DNA of 63,541 nt, filler included, from Lenisia limosa (taxonomy: Eukaryota > Protista > Breviatea): NCBI GenBank assembly GCA_001655205.1. It is 9 parts of 9 records of this genome, joined end to end, with 100 filler letters (N's around TTAATTAATTAA, not from the genome) between each part and the next. Parts side by side here need not be neighbours in the genome. Positions count along the whole stretch, not along the records: positions 27,213 to 54,067 come from LPNZ01008864.1; positions 54,168 to 56,086 come from LPNZ01001941.1; positions 56,187 to 59,404 come from LPNZ01000474.1; positions 59,505 to 60,626 come from LPNZ01007859.1; positions 60,727 to 62,187 come from LPNZ01004788.1; positions 62,288 to 63,541 come from LPNZ01001840.1; 3 more parts are not named here. One strand, given 5' to 3'. Position numbers and translations under genes: made by a program. This document shows, in pieces, positions 51,003 to 63,213 of the stretch. The notes beneath the pieces are model-generated. The model was not told where the DNA came from, made no database searches, and was given only the letters and a program-made list of their open reading frames with translations. Position 1 is the stretch's first letter, and each line of letters opens with the position of its first letter.

Positions 51003-51368
51003 CTGAGTCTGCGAGAATGGTAATTTATTCCCCTCCCGAAGAGGGTTCTTCTTAGCTATCTAGCAGAGCAGACCCTATTTTATTTTCTGAAATGAATAGC
51101 TCTCTTAGTAGATAGATACTTAGATATGGAAAGAGGGGTATGTTGTAGCAGATTTAGGCAGATGTTGACGCGATTGTATATATTTCTCGCCACTTGCCAC
51201 AACAAGGATGAAACTCTCGTCAATGAGCAAAGACAACGGGAGAGGGAGGCTGGGGGGTTGCAAGCCTTCGCTTTATAGTGTTAGCGCCACGTAGACGCAA
51301 AGTTCTCTTTTTGTGGCGCTCTCAGCTCTGTTCTTCCTTTTCTCCTCTTTCCTTTATTATATGGTGTG

Positions 51369-52694
51369 ATGGCGGAACAAACGGAAATGGAGGAAGGAAT
51401 TGCGGAAATACCGCAAGATGGTGCTGCAGCAAGGCGCAAGAAAAGGAGCAGGTTTGATCTGTTTATTGGAAGTATGTCAGTTTTAATAGTTCTTTGAATT
51501 CAATTATAAAAGTGGTTATCACATAATTGTACAATCAATTTCGGCATCCCCACCATTTAAACTTTGTAGGAAGAAGAAGAAGTCAGTTGCAACAGAGCCA
51601 GCTTCAAGTCTTGTCTACGCGCAATATGCGGGAGATATTGAGCTGCCAGAGTAAGCGTTCAAATGATAGGCAGATTAGAATTTAATTTTCAATAACCTAG
51701 AATGAATTATGTGGGCTACTTCTCGTCACCCCCCCCCCCCTAGAATCGCCTCTCTCATTGAGCGGCACTTATCAGAGCCCTACACACTGTTCACGTATCG
51801 CTATTTCGTGAACCAGTGGCCCGATATTGCATTCACTGTTGGGGGGGGGGGGTGAATATCAAATATTGTCTGACAAGCTCACTGTCTTTTTCGTATTCCT
51901 GAGGTGGTACCCTGTGTCACAAAAACAGGTGCGGGAAGAAGGCAAAATCGTTGGTTGCATAATGGGACGAATGATTGAGCACAACGGTAACATGCGGGGC
52001 TATATCGCCATGGTGGTGGTGGACCCTGCTCTGCGCGGCCGTGGTATTGGAAGGGAACTGGTCCTCAAGAGCATCGGTAAAATGAAGGAGAGCGGCTGTG
52101 ATGAGGTAAGCTGGGGTTGGTAGAAGGGAACGTGATATTTGTTTCCAATTTTCTTGAATCAGTTGTAAGGATCTGAGACGAAAAAAGTTGATAAAATAAG
52201 CTTTCATAAATAAATACTCACTTTCTGTTGTTGGCTATTGTTAGTGCAAACTTAGTGCTTCATATATCACACTGAAATATTGCTATCTCTCACAGAATCA
52301 GTGTTTTATGTGGATGTCATTTGTTGGGTTACTTAACGTTCAGGTGACTCTTGAGGCGGAAACAACAAATGAATCGGCTCTCAGGTTTGGATATCGTGTA
52401 CTAGAACCATAATTCATAAAATCTCGTATGCATGATTGGGTAATATTCTGGTATAATAATGTTCTTGACAGAGCTTTTAGATGGCTTTTTGGATATAGGA
52501 AAACTCCAAGCGTCTCATTCCACAGGCTCTATGAATCCATAGGTTTTGTGCGTGATAAACTGTTGCAACGGTATTACCTCAATGCCAGTAACGCGTATCG
52601 GTAAAGGGGTGGCAAATTCCGTGGCCTTTTTTTTCGCATGCCCTACCTTTTTCACGCAACGAAATCACTTTTTAGATTACGTATGATCTTCTGA
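51369..52694 (+). CDS. NAA30: N-alpha-acetyltransferase 30 (NatC catalytic subunit, Mak3)
   Basis: Seven phase-consistent exons: [75 protein letters not shown]. All six introns are GT-AG. Confidence 0.95.
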
Positions 52695-52859
52695 TTTCTT
52701 TTTATCAAGCTTGTTTCTCTTTTTTTATAGATATACTATGGTATGGGTGTATGTAGATTATCTTTTTTTATATTATTTGAATATAATTCTTGTTTCACTG
52801 TATCTCATTGTTAATGTCAATATCTATAAGAATCAGTAATAAAAAAAAGGGGGGTAAGA

Positions 52860-54050
52860 ACTCAGACTGGAGGGTTTCCCTATCAAGACCAATTTAGTTG
52901 CTTTTTTGAGCCTTCGCTGAGATGTAATATACAGATAATACATTGAAACAACGGGAAAATTAAACAATTAAGAAACAACTAAGAAGCTTGAAGAAATCAT
53001 AAAAACGTCTCTCCTAACGAGATTTTGTTCTGAACATGTCATAGAAAGGTATTGTGATTGTAACAGAATAGTTTCACAATAATTGATCTTTCCCCCTTAC
53101 AACGCACTGGCCTTTGCACCTTCCCCGGCATGGCGATAGTGGAAGGCAACAGTGATATTGTCGCTGCCTCGGTTTTCAAGCCTAAAATGAGATAAATCGT
53201 TGGGATTGAGGTGAAGACTTGTACAGAAGCTTACAATCCTGAAGATGAATGATACTACATGATTGCTTATTCATGGTTGTTGATCAATGATAGATACAAA
53301 GGGTCATCCAAATGTGGTATTCGAAAGATAGGACAGTGTGCTCTGTTGTCATCGTAGCAAACAACCCACCAAATGGCGCATTTTCTGTGAAGGAACCGCC
53401 GTTGTCTGCCCAGTAAAATGGCGTAGGCTGCGTCCACTACGATTCGAGACCTGTTGAAAAATAGAACGTCCTCGTTGAATCCCTGTGTGCTGGCGCCCCG
53501 AACCAGAGCTGCGAGTAGTCAGACACGAAAATAACAGGATTGAAGTTTCTTTCGATTTAAATAAACAGATAAACCTATTATTTCCAAAGTGCTGTCTGCT
53601 ACTACTGCAAGTTCATTGATTCTACTCCCCCCCCCCCCCNNNNNNNNNNNNNNNNNNNNNNNNNNNNNNNNNNNNNNNNNNNNNNNNNNNNNNNNNNNNN
53701 NNNNNNNNNNNNNNNNNNNNNNNNNNNNNNNNNNNNNNNCGACTCAGTCCTGGGGGGGTATCACCTGCTAAGGGGTTAGTGTTTTATCTGTGTGGGTGAG
53801 AGAAAATACATTACAAAAAGAGTGTGTGGGTGGGGGAGGGATTGGAAAATCTATGACACAGGAAAAGCCCAAAATCAACTTTGTTGGCTGACAACACACA
53901 AGGGTTGATAACAACAAAAAAAAACAAAGTAGTTGCTTCTGCAGCATCCCATTATGTGTGTGTGTGAGCGATAATGGACAACATACTCTGTGGCCTTGTG
54001 ACCGCCGGGGGAAGGCCTCTCAGACTTCGTATCTGCACCCTTGGTGGTCC
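52860..54050 (-). CDS. Hypothetical multi-exon gene fragment
   Basis: GT-AG exons such as LENRGSDNITVAFHYRHAGEGAKASAL and WTQPTPFYWADNGGSFTENAPF. Begins at a spacer. Confidence 0.45.
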
Positions 54051-54559
54051 CTGGGGGGGGGGGGGGGNNNNNNNNNNNNNNNNNNNNNNNNNNNNNNNNN
54101 NNNNNNNNNNNTTAATTAATTAANNNNNNNNNNNNNNNNNNNNNNNNNNNNNNNNNNNNNNNNNNNNCCCCCCCCCCCCCAGAGAGACCCCAACAGAGTG
54201 TCCCAATCCTTTGTCCTCGCACCTGAGTCTTTCGACCTGCAGACCACCACGGAAATCATGGAAACTGCTCCAAAATACGTTTCTGTATGTGGGATATATG
54301 GAAACAATTAATTGTGTTTTTTTCTCTGTGGGATTATCAAAATTTTATCTCTGTAGGGGGTGCAGGGGCTATTATATTCATTTATCGAGAATTTATAGAG
54401 AAATCTAGTATTTTGGGACCGTAGGGATGCCCTAATCATAATTCTTTTTGCTTCTCGATTCTTGTTGACTCGATTTCTCGAAAAACCCTCGATGAACATC
54501 GATCTACTCGATATTCTTGTCTGACAGTCTAGGATTGGTCCGTTTCGATGCCTTCCCTA

Positions 54560-55975
54560 ACTGATGTGTTCATCAAGAGCACTGATGCATAACTGGCTCT
54601 TTTTATGGTCATTCTGACACCATTTTTGATGTATATATAGTATTCCTCTACAGAGTTCTATCAAATAATACATACATACAGTTTTCCCTTCTTCATTATT
54701 ATCCACGGCGAACAAAAATGTAAAAGTATCATTAAATGGACATTCTGTACAAGAAAATAAGGAAACAAAAAAAAACTTGTGTCACAAAATATATGCATAT
54801 TCAACTTACGATGGGCGTTGCCGTCAACCCATAGTTAACACAAAATTGGCGTGATTTACACAATGAGTGACTACTTTGAAACCCTGCGTTAAGGAAATTA
54901 GAACACTCATTTAGACAATCTAAGTCGAACCTCCCTTAAAAACTTGAAAGAAGGCCAAATTTTAAATAAATAGAAGAGAAACCACGACTTCAGGAGATGG
55001 ACCGGTATCATCCGCTAAAGGGCTAGATAATATCATATTTATTGATAGAAACGACCTTCGTTTGTGCCTCTGGTCTTAAAGATAACAAGAAATACATAAT
55101 CATAGATAAAACTACTGCTCCAGAAGTTCACGTTCGATTTCAGCCATAAGCTCATCCTTAAATGTCAAAATAATAACATCATCATACTTAAACATCAAAA
55201 TCAATTAGTATATCATTACTATAATCATCATCATCTTCTTCTTCTTAATCATCATCATCACCATACCTTGTCAAAATCATCGTCATCAAAGTCGTCCATA
55301 TCACTGAGACCTAAGTCTTCCATTTCACGAGCAAACGAAGATTCTTCTACGTTGATCAGAAAGAGTTAGAAAAGTGATTATCAAAATTAAATACAATAAA
55401 ATAATAAAATTTGATATATTCTATCAGATTATAAAATACAACCACCCACCCCCAATTTCCTCAATTTGCGAAGAAATAGGAATAAATCCAAACATTAAGT
55501 ACAAACCCCAAATAAATAGCAATCAATCATACTTAAAAATAATATATAGAGATGAAAAATAATAAAAGGTTGTATCTGGCCGAAGCCGTCNNNNNNNNNN
55601 NNNNNNNNNNNNNNATCATCACGCTTATAAGATAATATTGAATTATAGTATCTGGCCGAAGCCGTCCCGATAAAACAAGCTCAACAAAACACACCAGTTT
55701 CCATAATTTGCAAATTAATAGGAATAAATCCAACAATAAAGTATAAACCCAGAAATAAATTGTGATCATAATTCAAACTAATAACAAAATATTCAACAAA
55801 ACACACCAATTTCCTCCATTTGAGATAGAAAAAATCTATGTGAAATAACAACAAGCCATGAATTAAAAAAAGGCCATCATAATTCGAAATAATCAGCTCT
55901 CATACCGGTTTCTTCAATTTGGGGAGTCGGGGTTTTGCCGGGAGTGCTAGGCTCCAGCTCAGGCCAAACCTCACT
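54560..55975 (-). CDS. Hypothetical gene fragment with acidic and Pro-rich exons
   Basis: Exons PAPPSEVWPELEPSTPGKTPTPQIEET and INVEESSFAREMEDLGLSDMDDFDDDDFDK. Confidence 0.4.
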
Positions 55976-56222
55976 CGGTGGTGCTGGTCCTGGGGGGAGA
56001 TGTAAGAGAGGAAGTGTGTGTTTAGGGGGGGCAGGTAAAATTGGAAAATTTATGAAACAAGCCCAAAATCAACTCTGTTGGCTGACNNNNNNNNNNNNNN
56101 NNNNNNNNNNNNNNNNNNNNNNNNNNNNNNTTAATTAATTAANNNNNNNNNNNNNNNNNNNNNNNNNNNNNNNNNNNNNNNNNNNNTAAATTTCCAATTT
56201 TACCCCCCCCCCCCACATACAG

Positions 56223-58264
56223 AGTCAGTCTCCATTCCCTGCACTGATGTGTAAAGGCCTGACTGCCAGGGTGACTGTAAAGGTTTGTCTGCTGAAGAGC
56301 TGTGCAGACCTACCCGGTCAATGCGCACATGCGGGAATAATGGCTAACAACTGCATCTACTGTGCGACTCAGCTGTCGAGGTCAATGTCCGCCACCATGG
56401 TTTGTCACTGTTTATTTTGTTATTTTCAGCCCATATCCGATGAGGTTGTCAAGGATGTTGTCAGCGGGGACATATTCCTCCGCGCAGTCCCTCGGCATCC
56501 CCACCTCCAAGACCTTCGTCAGAAGCTCAAGGCCCTTGGCAGATGCGCTAACATAGACGTTGATTTCGCCAAGCCGCCACTCTACCAACGCTTCCCAGCA
56601 TTCACCACCTCCTTTGCCAACTGTCCCCGATCTGGGTTGATTACCTGCTCCTTGCATGACTGGAACTTGGGAATATTAAAGGTTGGTTTTTTTCAGAAAT
56701 AAAACGTTACTTTATTTCATTCACGTTACCTTCTGGGCTGATGTATTACAAGACAATAACCATATAGCGCCTGGTCAATGCCCTATTGAAGGTGTCCGAC
56801 AGCATCACTGACAGTCGGCGTAAAATCCCGGACTTGCCCAACAACCGACGCACCCTCGCTGGTTTAGCGAATGTCGTGCTGAACTCAACTCCAACACGGC
56901 ACGCTGGGAGGTATGTTAATAACTTTGTTACCCTCATCTTTTATACCGCTGTTTTTGAAAAAGCGGGAGTCCATTTAAATTTTGTAACCTGGGGTGGACA
57001 AATTTGTAATTTTAAGTTTATATGTTTTTCCGTGAAATTATTTGCTGAAACTCTTTAGAGGACACATTAATCTCTATTTTACACCACTTTGTGGTAAAAT
57101 TATCTAATGCAATTCAGTAATTTCGATGTGATATTTTTTAATTAAATACTCTACAATTTGACCAATATTTCAGGAAAAGATTATAACCTGAAAATGACAA
57201 AATTCTACAGTTTTTTCCATATCTTGGAGTTGACTGAGAAAAGTGCATATTATTATTGCTTACAATGTTACATGAAAAAGCGGGCAAAATTCCGAAAAAA
57301 AAACTTGTTTTCGCAATTTAATTGGACTCCCACTTTAAGTTTTTTACCGACCACCCTATCCTCTTTTATCCATAACTGCTCATTCTTCTTTAACCTCTTG
57401 CTATTTACTCATTCCTAGACTACTTTCTCACAACCCGGTATCGAGTGTGAACTCGTTCACTGGAGTGGAAATGGAGACGGTCTTCTTCAGCCTCGCCCCC
57501 ATCGTGGAGAGACTTGTGTCCACATTTGCCCAGGACTATTCTTCTGAATCTGTAGGCTTTGTGTGGTTTACGTTGGCTATATTTTTTTAATAACCCTACT
57601 TTTGTATGTATTGAACTCCCCAAAGGAAGTTTACAAATTTGAAATTGAGACCCGTATTTATTTCTGTAGTACGCTTTCCATCTGGTAGACGCATATCAAC
57701 AGGCCCTGAAGGTGTTCGCTGGAGTGACCCTCAAGGAGGTCACCCCCCCCAAGTTGGAGTCGCTGCAGACGGAGGCGGCTGGCCTCATGACGGCTATGGT
57801 AAAAGCTACTCTACAATATGATGATAATTATGCCCACAGCTTTCTCTCCGAACCAGCACCGACCAGGTCATGCGGTCACAGAAAGTGCACATCCTCACAC
57901 ATCTGGCCGCAACTACCAAACGACAAGGTGAGCAACTCATTACCTTGTCACTTTTTTCGGACATTTTCGCACGTGTTAACTTTTATATTTTTGAGCACAA
58001 TTTTTTGTCATTGTGAGCATTTGTTTGTATTCTCTGAATATATCTTAAGGTGTTGCCGCTGAGGGCTCAAATGCACGGCTGGAATCCCGCCACAAGGCAG
58101 ACAAAGTTCAGCAGAGAAAGTCGTCGCAGAAGGCCCACCAGCTCAGCCCCCACCTCGCCAACGTAGCATCCGCTGACAAGGTTGTCCAGGCTTCGAGAAG
58201 CATCGCACCTGCAGACCTCAAGCACATACAAGCCAATGGGATACTCACTGACAGCCAAGTGTAA
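56223..58264 (+). CDS. Exocyst Sec6/EXOC3-like C-terminal region (CATCHR helical), 5'-partial
   Basis: GIMANNCIYCATQL, ..FPAFTTSF..LITCSLHDW and ..MLSLRT resemble Sec6 motifs (A-NN-C; F-F-W-I-t-Dy; LL-RGD). Confidence 0.5.
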
Positions 58265-58450
58265 GCAGATTCTTGTTGTAATGACATTTATGAACATTCC
58301 AGTACCATCATCAGTGCCATGCAACGGGCAGAGGAACTGCCTGAATTGGCAGTGAACCGGAGGACAACCTGCCACACTCCGATGTGGGTGCTATTCTTCA
58401 ATATTGGTTTTTTTTTATGAATGATGTTTTAAGCTTGTTTCTGCGCGAAA

Positions 58451-59365
58451 ATGGCACTCTCGTCAAGGGTGTCCCCCCCTGTAAGAGTATTTGAATATTT
58501 AACAAATTTTTTTAATTATTATTATGTTTTAAGCTCTGTACTTGGGATCTGTCTCATCCGTTCTTCTGGCCAACCTCTTCCCCGACAAGGAGAACTGGGA
58601 GTTTGCCAAGTCGTGCAGGACCACGCTCCCGACGGTCAACGTAACCGCGTTCGATTTCTTCGTCGCAAAGAATGGTAGGAATCGATAACTGCTTTATCAA
58701 ACACAGGAATCATATATATGTTCTTCTTTTGCGGCAGACACCCAAGTTACGGTGCCTATGCTTGTATACTCCCTATTCATAGCGAATACCAAAGTGGAGG
58801 TCTTCAGGCGACTGTTGAACCTGCCAAAGCCACCCTTGTCGCGTGCAATGAGGTTGGCTTACAGTCGCTCTGCTTATTTATAGCATATCATCACTATCAT
58901 ATCAAAGTTAGCCATATCATCATATTCAATAGAGCTTGCTGAAAGGCTGTTTAACTCTTAAGATTGACGTCGCTATCTTCGCGACACACGCCCACGATAA
59001 CTGCCAGTGTGTTTTGGAGGGCTCCGAGACCTATATGAGTTGTGACCGACGGTTCCTGTCATCCCCTCTGCTGGATGGTGTGGTGAAAGGGCTCAATGGA
59101 GACCCGATCCAACACTCGCCCAGACTTCACCGTCAACATCTCAAATTCCTTCTCTTTCCCTTCCTGAAGTTGGGGTTTTTTTTTTTTTGTATAATATTTT
59201 TTGACTTTGTAGGTCGCACCACTCTCTTGTGAAATAATTGTTCTGTCGAGTGTTTCTTGTAAAATATTAGTATCATAGCATAGGTATCACACTGTTTCTT
59301 TTTCTGTGAGTTCACATTTCTTATTGACAGTTCAGGTCAAATTTTCAACTTCAGCGTTCCCAGTA
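58451..59365 (+). CDS. Hypothetical multi-exon gene, 3'-partial
   Basis: GT-AG exons including LLANLFPDKENWEFAKSCRTTLPTVNVTAFDFFVAKN and IDVAIFATHAHDNCQCVLEGSE. Confidence 0.45.
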
Positions 59366-59589
59366 AGTTACTGTATTTACACCTTTAGAAGCCCCCCCCC
59401 CCCCNNNNNNNNNNNNNNNNNNNNNNNNNNNNNNNNNNNNNNNNNNNNTTAATTAATTAANNNNNNNNNNNNNNNNNNNNNNNNNNNNNNNNNNNNNNNN
59501 NNNNGGGGGGGGGGGGGGGGAGGGGCGTAAAAAAAATAATATTTGATTATTTTTGGGGGAGGAAGGGAGGAAACAAAACAAAACAAATC

Positions 59590-62500
59590 AACCTCTAGAC
59601 ATATGGGTTCCCACCACTTGGACTGATGGGGCCGGATTGATGGGGTCGTCATTGTTGAGTACCTATATTGTTAGTTACAGGATATATATTTAATAGTCAT
59701 GTTATTTACATTTTACAGTTAGAGTAGGGCTTCACTTCGGTTCGAAAAAGACCGGTTAGATATCGATAGTTTTCGAGGATTTATCCAAAAAACAGCCGTT
59801 TTTTGAACCTAACTGAGGCCTATTTAGAAGCATTTATTTTTACTTTGATATGTATAATATATACTAGTATGTATATACTCTATTTACTATATATAGTGAA
59901 TCAGTTCGATCAGAGACGCTAATGGGTTGTGGAAAAGAGGTTTGATAATATAACAAATGCAATAAAAAAACAAAAAAACAAAAACAAAAAAAAAACAATA
60001 TTATAATCACCCCCAAAAAAAANNNNNNNNNNNNNNNNNNNNNNNNNNNNNNNNNNNNNNNNNNNNNNNNNAAAAACAAAAACAAAAAGGGACAAACGAA
60101 AAAACATAACAAAACAAAATGAAGAGCCAAGCTCACCTGCGAAGGTACGGGTTCGAGAATTTCAATTTCATGGGGGTCCGAGGTTTGAACGTAATTGCTA
60201 CAATGGATATTAACAGATACGTAATTAAGCAAAATGTGTAGAAATACATGAATAGCAATGAGAAATGAAAAACAAGGGTGTATCTGACCGAAGCCGTCCA
60301 CACCATTACGCTTATAAGAGATATTGGAAATAGTTTAATATTAATTCACCCAAAAAGTGTGATATTATACCCAAAATGGACATATTGCACGTCATTTCAG
60401 AAACCAGTCATTTGCCTTACAATTAGGGCTTCACTTCTGTTCGACTGAATTTCTCGATTACTCCTCAAAAACTGTTGATATTTTCCCGAACTGAACCCTA
60501 CTTACAACACTGATAACCATTGGATACAATATTAGTGATTACTTACCATCATCTCTTCAACCCTGAGTTTTCGGTTATATCAGCGTCACCGTTTGTGGGA
60601 AACTTGAGCTTATGTATCCGTATACCNNNNNNNNNNNNNNNNNNNNNNNNNNNNNNNNNNNNNNNNNNNNTTAATTAATTAANNNNNNNNNNNNNNNNNN
60701 NNNNNNNNNNNNNNNNNNNNNNNNNNGTGGGATAATGAGAATAAAACCGCTAAAACAAAGTCAATGGTGGAATCTATTAGTGTCACAATTAGGGCTTCAC
60801 TTCGGTTCGAAAAAGACCGGAAAAATATCGATTGTTTTCGAGGATTTATCAAGAAATTCAGTTTTTTTTTCGAACCGAAGTGAAGCCCTAGTCATAGTAT
60901 AATTACTGTGTTTAGTGGGGATCAATTAGGTCACAATATACTGTGGTTGGCATTGAGCCCAAAGCCCCACCGTATTGGGGACTTCAACGAAGGTGCCATG
61001 TCCCTTGGAGCTGCTCGAGTCGGCTCCTCGACTCTGAACCTCTCGTCCAACAACCTGGGGGGGGGGGGGNNNNNNNNNNNNNNNNNNNNNNNNNNNNNNN
61101 NNNNNNNNNNNNNNNNNNNNNNNNNNNNNNNNNNNNNNNNNNNNNNNNNNNNNNNNNNNNNNNNNNNNNNNNNNNNNNNNNNNNNNNNNNNNNNNNNNNN
61201 NNNNNTTATCGAGAAATTCGGTCTTTTTTGGGACGTAGGGAAGCCCCAGTATAATGCAAAGACGACAACAAAAAAAAAAAAAACCCCCAACAGCAAAATT
61301 GTCATGGCTGCCCACCTTGTAAAGCATGAGAAGATGGAAGCATCTGCGGACGATTTGATTCCAGTGGAGGAAGAAGCGAAGGAAGTTCTGTTCTTGAACT
61401 AGCAGGTTGGCAATGATTTCGGCTCTCTGTGAGGGGGGTTAGTCAATCCAAGCCGAAGCACACACACACACACAAAAAAAAATACTAAAGGTGATTTGAC
61501 ACCATAGAAAATAAAAAGGAACTGCTTGCGCAATTAAAAGGGAGGTCATCCTCACCATGTTCATAAGGATATCGCATACTACAGTAAATAAACTCCCATA
61601 CTTGGAACTGCGGTAAATCATCAAGAATGTTGTAGAGGAACACAAAGCCTATCTCAAGGACCGCTGGAGGGTTAACGATACCATTAAATACATTAACACA
61701 GGTCGGGTTCAAACATTCAAAAAAAAAAAAGAGCATGATGAATATATCACCCCACTCCCCTCACCCGTATTCTCAGAGTCCACAATGACCTTGACCGCTT
61801 CGAAGAAGAACTTGCTGTCGAAAGTGGCTGGGAATGGGGCATTGTATCGACCCACTGCTTTGACCCATTTTTCCACCATTGTCAGACATACTGCAAGGTA
61901 CAGTAAAGGAGATGTGGGGCAATAAGAGGACTAATATTTAGGGCTTCACTTCGGTTCGAACAATACCGGTAAATATTGATAGTTTTCGAGGATTTATCGA
62001 AAAACAGTCTTTTTTCGAACCGAAGTGAAACCCTACTTCTATTCAGTAAATAAAACGTATATCTCAACCCCCTTCCCCCTTAGTTCACTTCGGTTCGAAA
62101 AAGACTGGTAAAATATCGATAGCTTTCGAGGATTTATTAAACATTTAGGTCTTTTTTTTTGAACCGAAGTGAAGTCCTATCCCCCCANNNNNNNNNNNNN
62201 NNNNNNNNNNNNNNNNNNNNNNNNNNNNNNNTTAATTAATTAANNNNNNNNNNNNNNNNNNNNNNNNNNNNNNNNNNNNNNNNNNNNCCCCCCCCCCCCC
62301 ACCATCAGTAATATAGGCGAAATGGTAAAGAAGGGATGAGTAGTCCCGCATCCTGCTGAAGGTCCAGGAATACTCAGTAAGCGTCAAGAGATCCCCTGTG
62401 AGCTGGGGGGTAAAATTGGAAAATTTATGAATCAAAAAGCCCAGTCAACTCCCCACCCTCCTACACCCACACCGCGCCCCATATATGCGTCCTTGCCGCA

Positions 62501-63213
62501 CGTAAATACCCGGGTATTCCCCCGGGGCTTTCGGCAAGATGGGAAGACATCCCATCCCGTGACGGGGTTACACCGGACTACGCGGGGGGTGGAGGGAGTC
62601 AGGCCTGGGGGGGAGGGGTCAATTGGAAAATTTATGAAACAAAACAATGAGACCCTCTATGCGTGCCTCTCCAGGCTTGTACAAAGATGATTATAAGGAT
62701 AATTATAATGAGGCTTATATGACGATAAGAAGGATAATTAGAAGGATGATTACAACGATGCGTGCAGCCCACACCTGACACCACCCACACCCCCAGGTAC
62801 CCCTCTCACCGGGTGCGCATTTCACGCTGCAAGATCTCGTGTTGTCTGCCTGGAGGGCTGTGCACTCCGCAAAAAGACCTGTCATATGTTATAAATATGT
62901 AGTTGTAGATAGATATGAGAAAGTAAATAAGGTTGTACCTGGCCAAAGCCTTCCACACCATCACGATTATAAGAGATATTGGATTATAGTATATAATATT
63001 AATTCATCCGAGCCAACCATTTAAAGACTCTATAGGGGCAGATTCACACGTCACCCGGGACACCTCTTCTCTCACTTGAGCCTAATTCCGTAAATCAGTC
63101 AAAATGCCCTGTTTTAGCTCTACAAAAATGGTGGTGATGATTATTTATTATTTGATACACAAAGGAGAAAGAGTATTACCTTCCGCCAATTTTTGAAGAA
63201 TAAACGGGTCCAT
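59590..63213 (-). CDS. DUF1765-like protein spanning two spacers
   Basis: FDSKFFFEAVKVIVDSEN, VLEIGFVFLYNILD and FLRFFLHWNQIVRRCFHLLMLYK match DUF1765-type motifs. Exons keep their order across the spacers. Confidence 0.65.
59725..59822. mobile_element. hAT-type MITE (intronic)
   Basis: Left TIR TAGGGCTTCACTTCGGTTCGAAAAA, with a degenerate right TIR. Confidence 0.85.
60424..60500. mobile_element. hAT-type MITE, internally diverged (intronic)
   Basis: TAGGGCTTCACTTC...CCCTA. Flanks CTTACAAT / CTTACAAC (7/8). Confidence 0.85.
60790..60890. mobile_element. hAT-type MITE, best-preserved copy (intronic)
   Basis: Perfect TIRs TAGGGCTTCACTTCGGTTCGAAAAA / TTTTTCGAACCGAAGTGAAGCCCTA. Flanks GTCACAAT / GTCATAGT (6/8). 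Confidence 0.9.
61939..62035. mobile_element. hAT-type MITE (intronic)
   Basis: TIRs as above. Flanks CTAATATT / CTTCTATT (6/8). Confidence 0.9.
62081..62179. mobile_element. hAT-type MITE, second copy in the same intron
   Basis: TAG-TTCACTTCGGTTCGAAAAAGAC...GAACCGAAGTGAAGTCCTA. Confidence 0.85.
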
